Of a stretch of 64,000 bases of DNA, positions 63,154 through 64,000 are shown in pieces. Origin of the DNA: Betaproteobacteria bacterium (GTDB taxonomy: Bacteria; Pseudomonadota; Gammaproteobacteria; Burkholderiales; Burkholderiaceae_E); the NCBI GenBank assembly GCA_043767985.1, contig JAYVKZ010000324.1, positions 17,083 through 81,082 of the forward strand, read 5' to 3'. Position 1 is the stretch's first letter, and each line of letters starts with the position of its first letter. The translations under genes were made by a program, and so were the position numbers. The notes under the pieces were generated by a model. It did not search any database, was not told the DNA's origin, and saw only the letters and a list, made by a program, of their open reading frames with translations.

Positions 63154-63924
63154 TTAGGCACTCGGTAGACGCAACTCAAACATTACGCCATCGGCGGTAT
63201 TCCTCGCCCTAATACCACCCTGCATTTTTGCCATGTAGGTCTTCGCGACAAACAGGCCTTGGCCACGGCGCTCGTTGTTTGCGACATTTGCTGAGGAGTT
63301 CAACCTAGTTTCAACTCCTGGCGCTACAGCCCTAGAAGAATCAATTTCTTTCAGTTCAGAAACACCGTACTCGAAAATCTTGTCAATGAGCTCAAGTGGG
63401 ATGGTCGGACCTTGATTTGCAATTTGAATGACCGCTTCGTTAACGCCACGATCCTGAACCCGCGCCAAACCGAGCATGATGATCGAGCCGGGCAGCCGGT
63501 AGCGCTTGGCATTGTTCAGCACATGGGTGACGACATCTTCTAGCGAGTACTCATCGGCATGCACGAGGCATTTCACCAAAGGGCTAGCAAACACCAGCCC
63601 CTCGATCCCAGCGAAATGGGCATTTTCCGCAACGTTGCCTAAAAATTCAACCAGCTCTAGAATGCCTAATTGAAGCTGGCTCGATTCAATCGCCTCACTG
63701 GGCGAGGCGCTACCGTACAACACTTTTACTGCTTGTTGCATACGCTTGACATAGCGATGACTCGGGTCCAACTCTTGGCCATGTAAGACCATGAGGGACT
63801 GTAGAGGCGACATAATTTCATGGCCTACCGCATGCCAAGTATCGCGCTCTTGCTCGGCGCGAATTTGCTCGCGTTTGAGATCAAATTTCACCCGAGTTAA
63901 TAGATCGGCCAAGCCACCGGCCAA
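63154..63924 (-). CDS. Histidine-kinase core (HisKA plus HATPase_c) without a recognisable sensor domain
   Basis: H-box GHEIMSPLQSL, N-box LNNAKRY, G1 IANQGPTIP and G2 GQGLFVAKTYMAKMQG. The annotated start is TTG. An in-frame stop lies about 60 nt upstream, near 63986. Confidence 0.7.
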   Translation of the reverse strand: MAGGLADLLTRVKFDLKREQIRAEQERDTWHAVGHEIMSPLQSLMVLHGQELDPSHRYVKRMQQAVKVLYGSASPSEAIESSQLQLGILELVEFLGNVAENAHFAGIEGLVFASPLVKCLVHADEYSLEDVVTHVLNNAKRYRLPGSIIMLGLARVQDRGVNEAVIQIANQGPTIPLELIDKIFEYGVSELKEIDSSRAVAPGVETRLNSSANVANNERRGQGLFVAKTYMAKMQGGIRARNTADGVMFELRLPSA

Positions 63925-64000
63925 AATGCCAAGCTCGACACGCCTAGCTCGGAATCGCTCGGCATAGGATTTGCGGCCGCCTTCCTAAAAGTAGCCTCGA

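Noticed and set aside
1-64000. Search for tRNA or rRNA genes, integrases, transposases, IS ends or prophage genes
   Set aside because: I found none by eye in any intergenic region or ORF translation. The mosaic structure is therefore not attributed to an identifiable mobile element.

Overview
All family calls here come from reading motifs by eye; no database search was run. The window looks like an accessory-rich chromosomal region of a Burkholderiales betaproteobacterium, possibly Comamonadaceae-like. That placement is an inference from five intact paralogues plus one truncated paralogue of the Bug/TctC periplasmic solute-binding family, at roughly 55% GC. I saw no rRNA, tRNA, CRISPR array, transposase or integrase.

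Positions 1-40.7 kb are a mosaic of small catabolic cassettes. These include a 5'-truncated formate dehydrogenase alpha subunit, a TPP enzyme, a class II aldolase, a serine hydrolase and an O-methyltransferase. Further cassettes carry a CitE-like lyase, a lactonase, acyl-CoA dehydrogenases, a thiolase, acetoacetyl-CoA synthetase, a GST, SDRs and a DctPQM TRAP transporter.

The cassettes are punctuated by type II toxin-antitoxin modules:
- three VapBC pairs
- one MazEF pair
- a decayed HipBA remnant
- a small-protein/nucleotidyltransferase pair near the right end

This part also contains a BigR/Blh/YeeE-type sulfide-stress module, a deletion scar joining two 5'-truncated genes head to head, a membrane-fused spermidine-synthase-like protein and a SMUG1-type uracil-DNA glycosylase.

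The most interesting part is 40.8-56.8 kb, a divergently organised MSHA/T2SS-like type IV filament locus. Its recognisable parts are an ExeA/MshM-like ATPase, a lipoprotein secretin, a GspB/MshN-like TPR protein and an MshE-like ATPase with tandem c-di-GMP-binding MshEN motifs. It also has a GspF/MshG platform protein, two prepilins and a large pilin-like protein. The locus is unusual in three ways. A complete ABC-2-type exporter is split across the two operons. About 5 kb encode proteins I cannot assign to a family with confidence. An orphan FlgA/SAF-like gene lies convergent to the pilin gene.

The right end holds YaeQ, an HDAC-like deacetylase, a TauD-like dioxygenase, Bug plus a CYP153-like P450 without redox partners, and a sensor-less histidine-kinase core.
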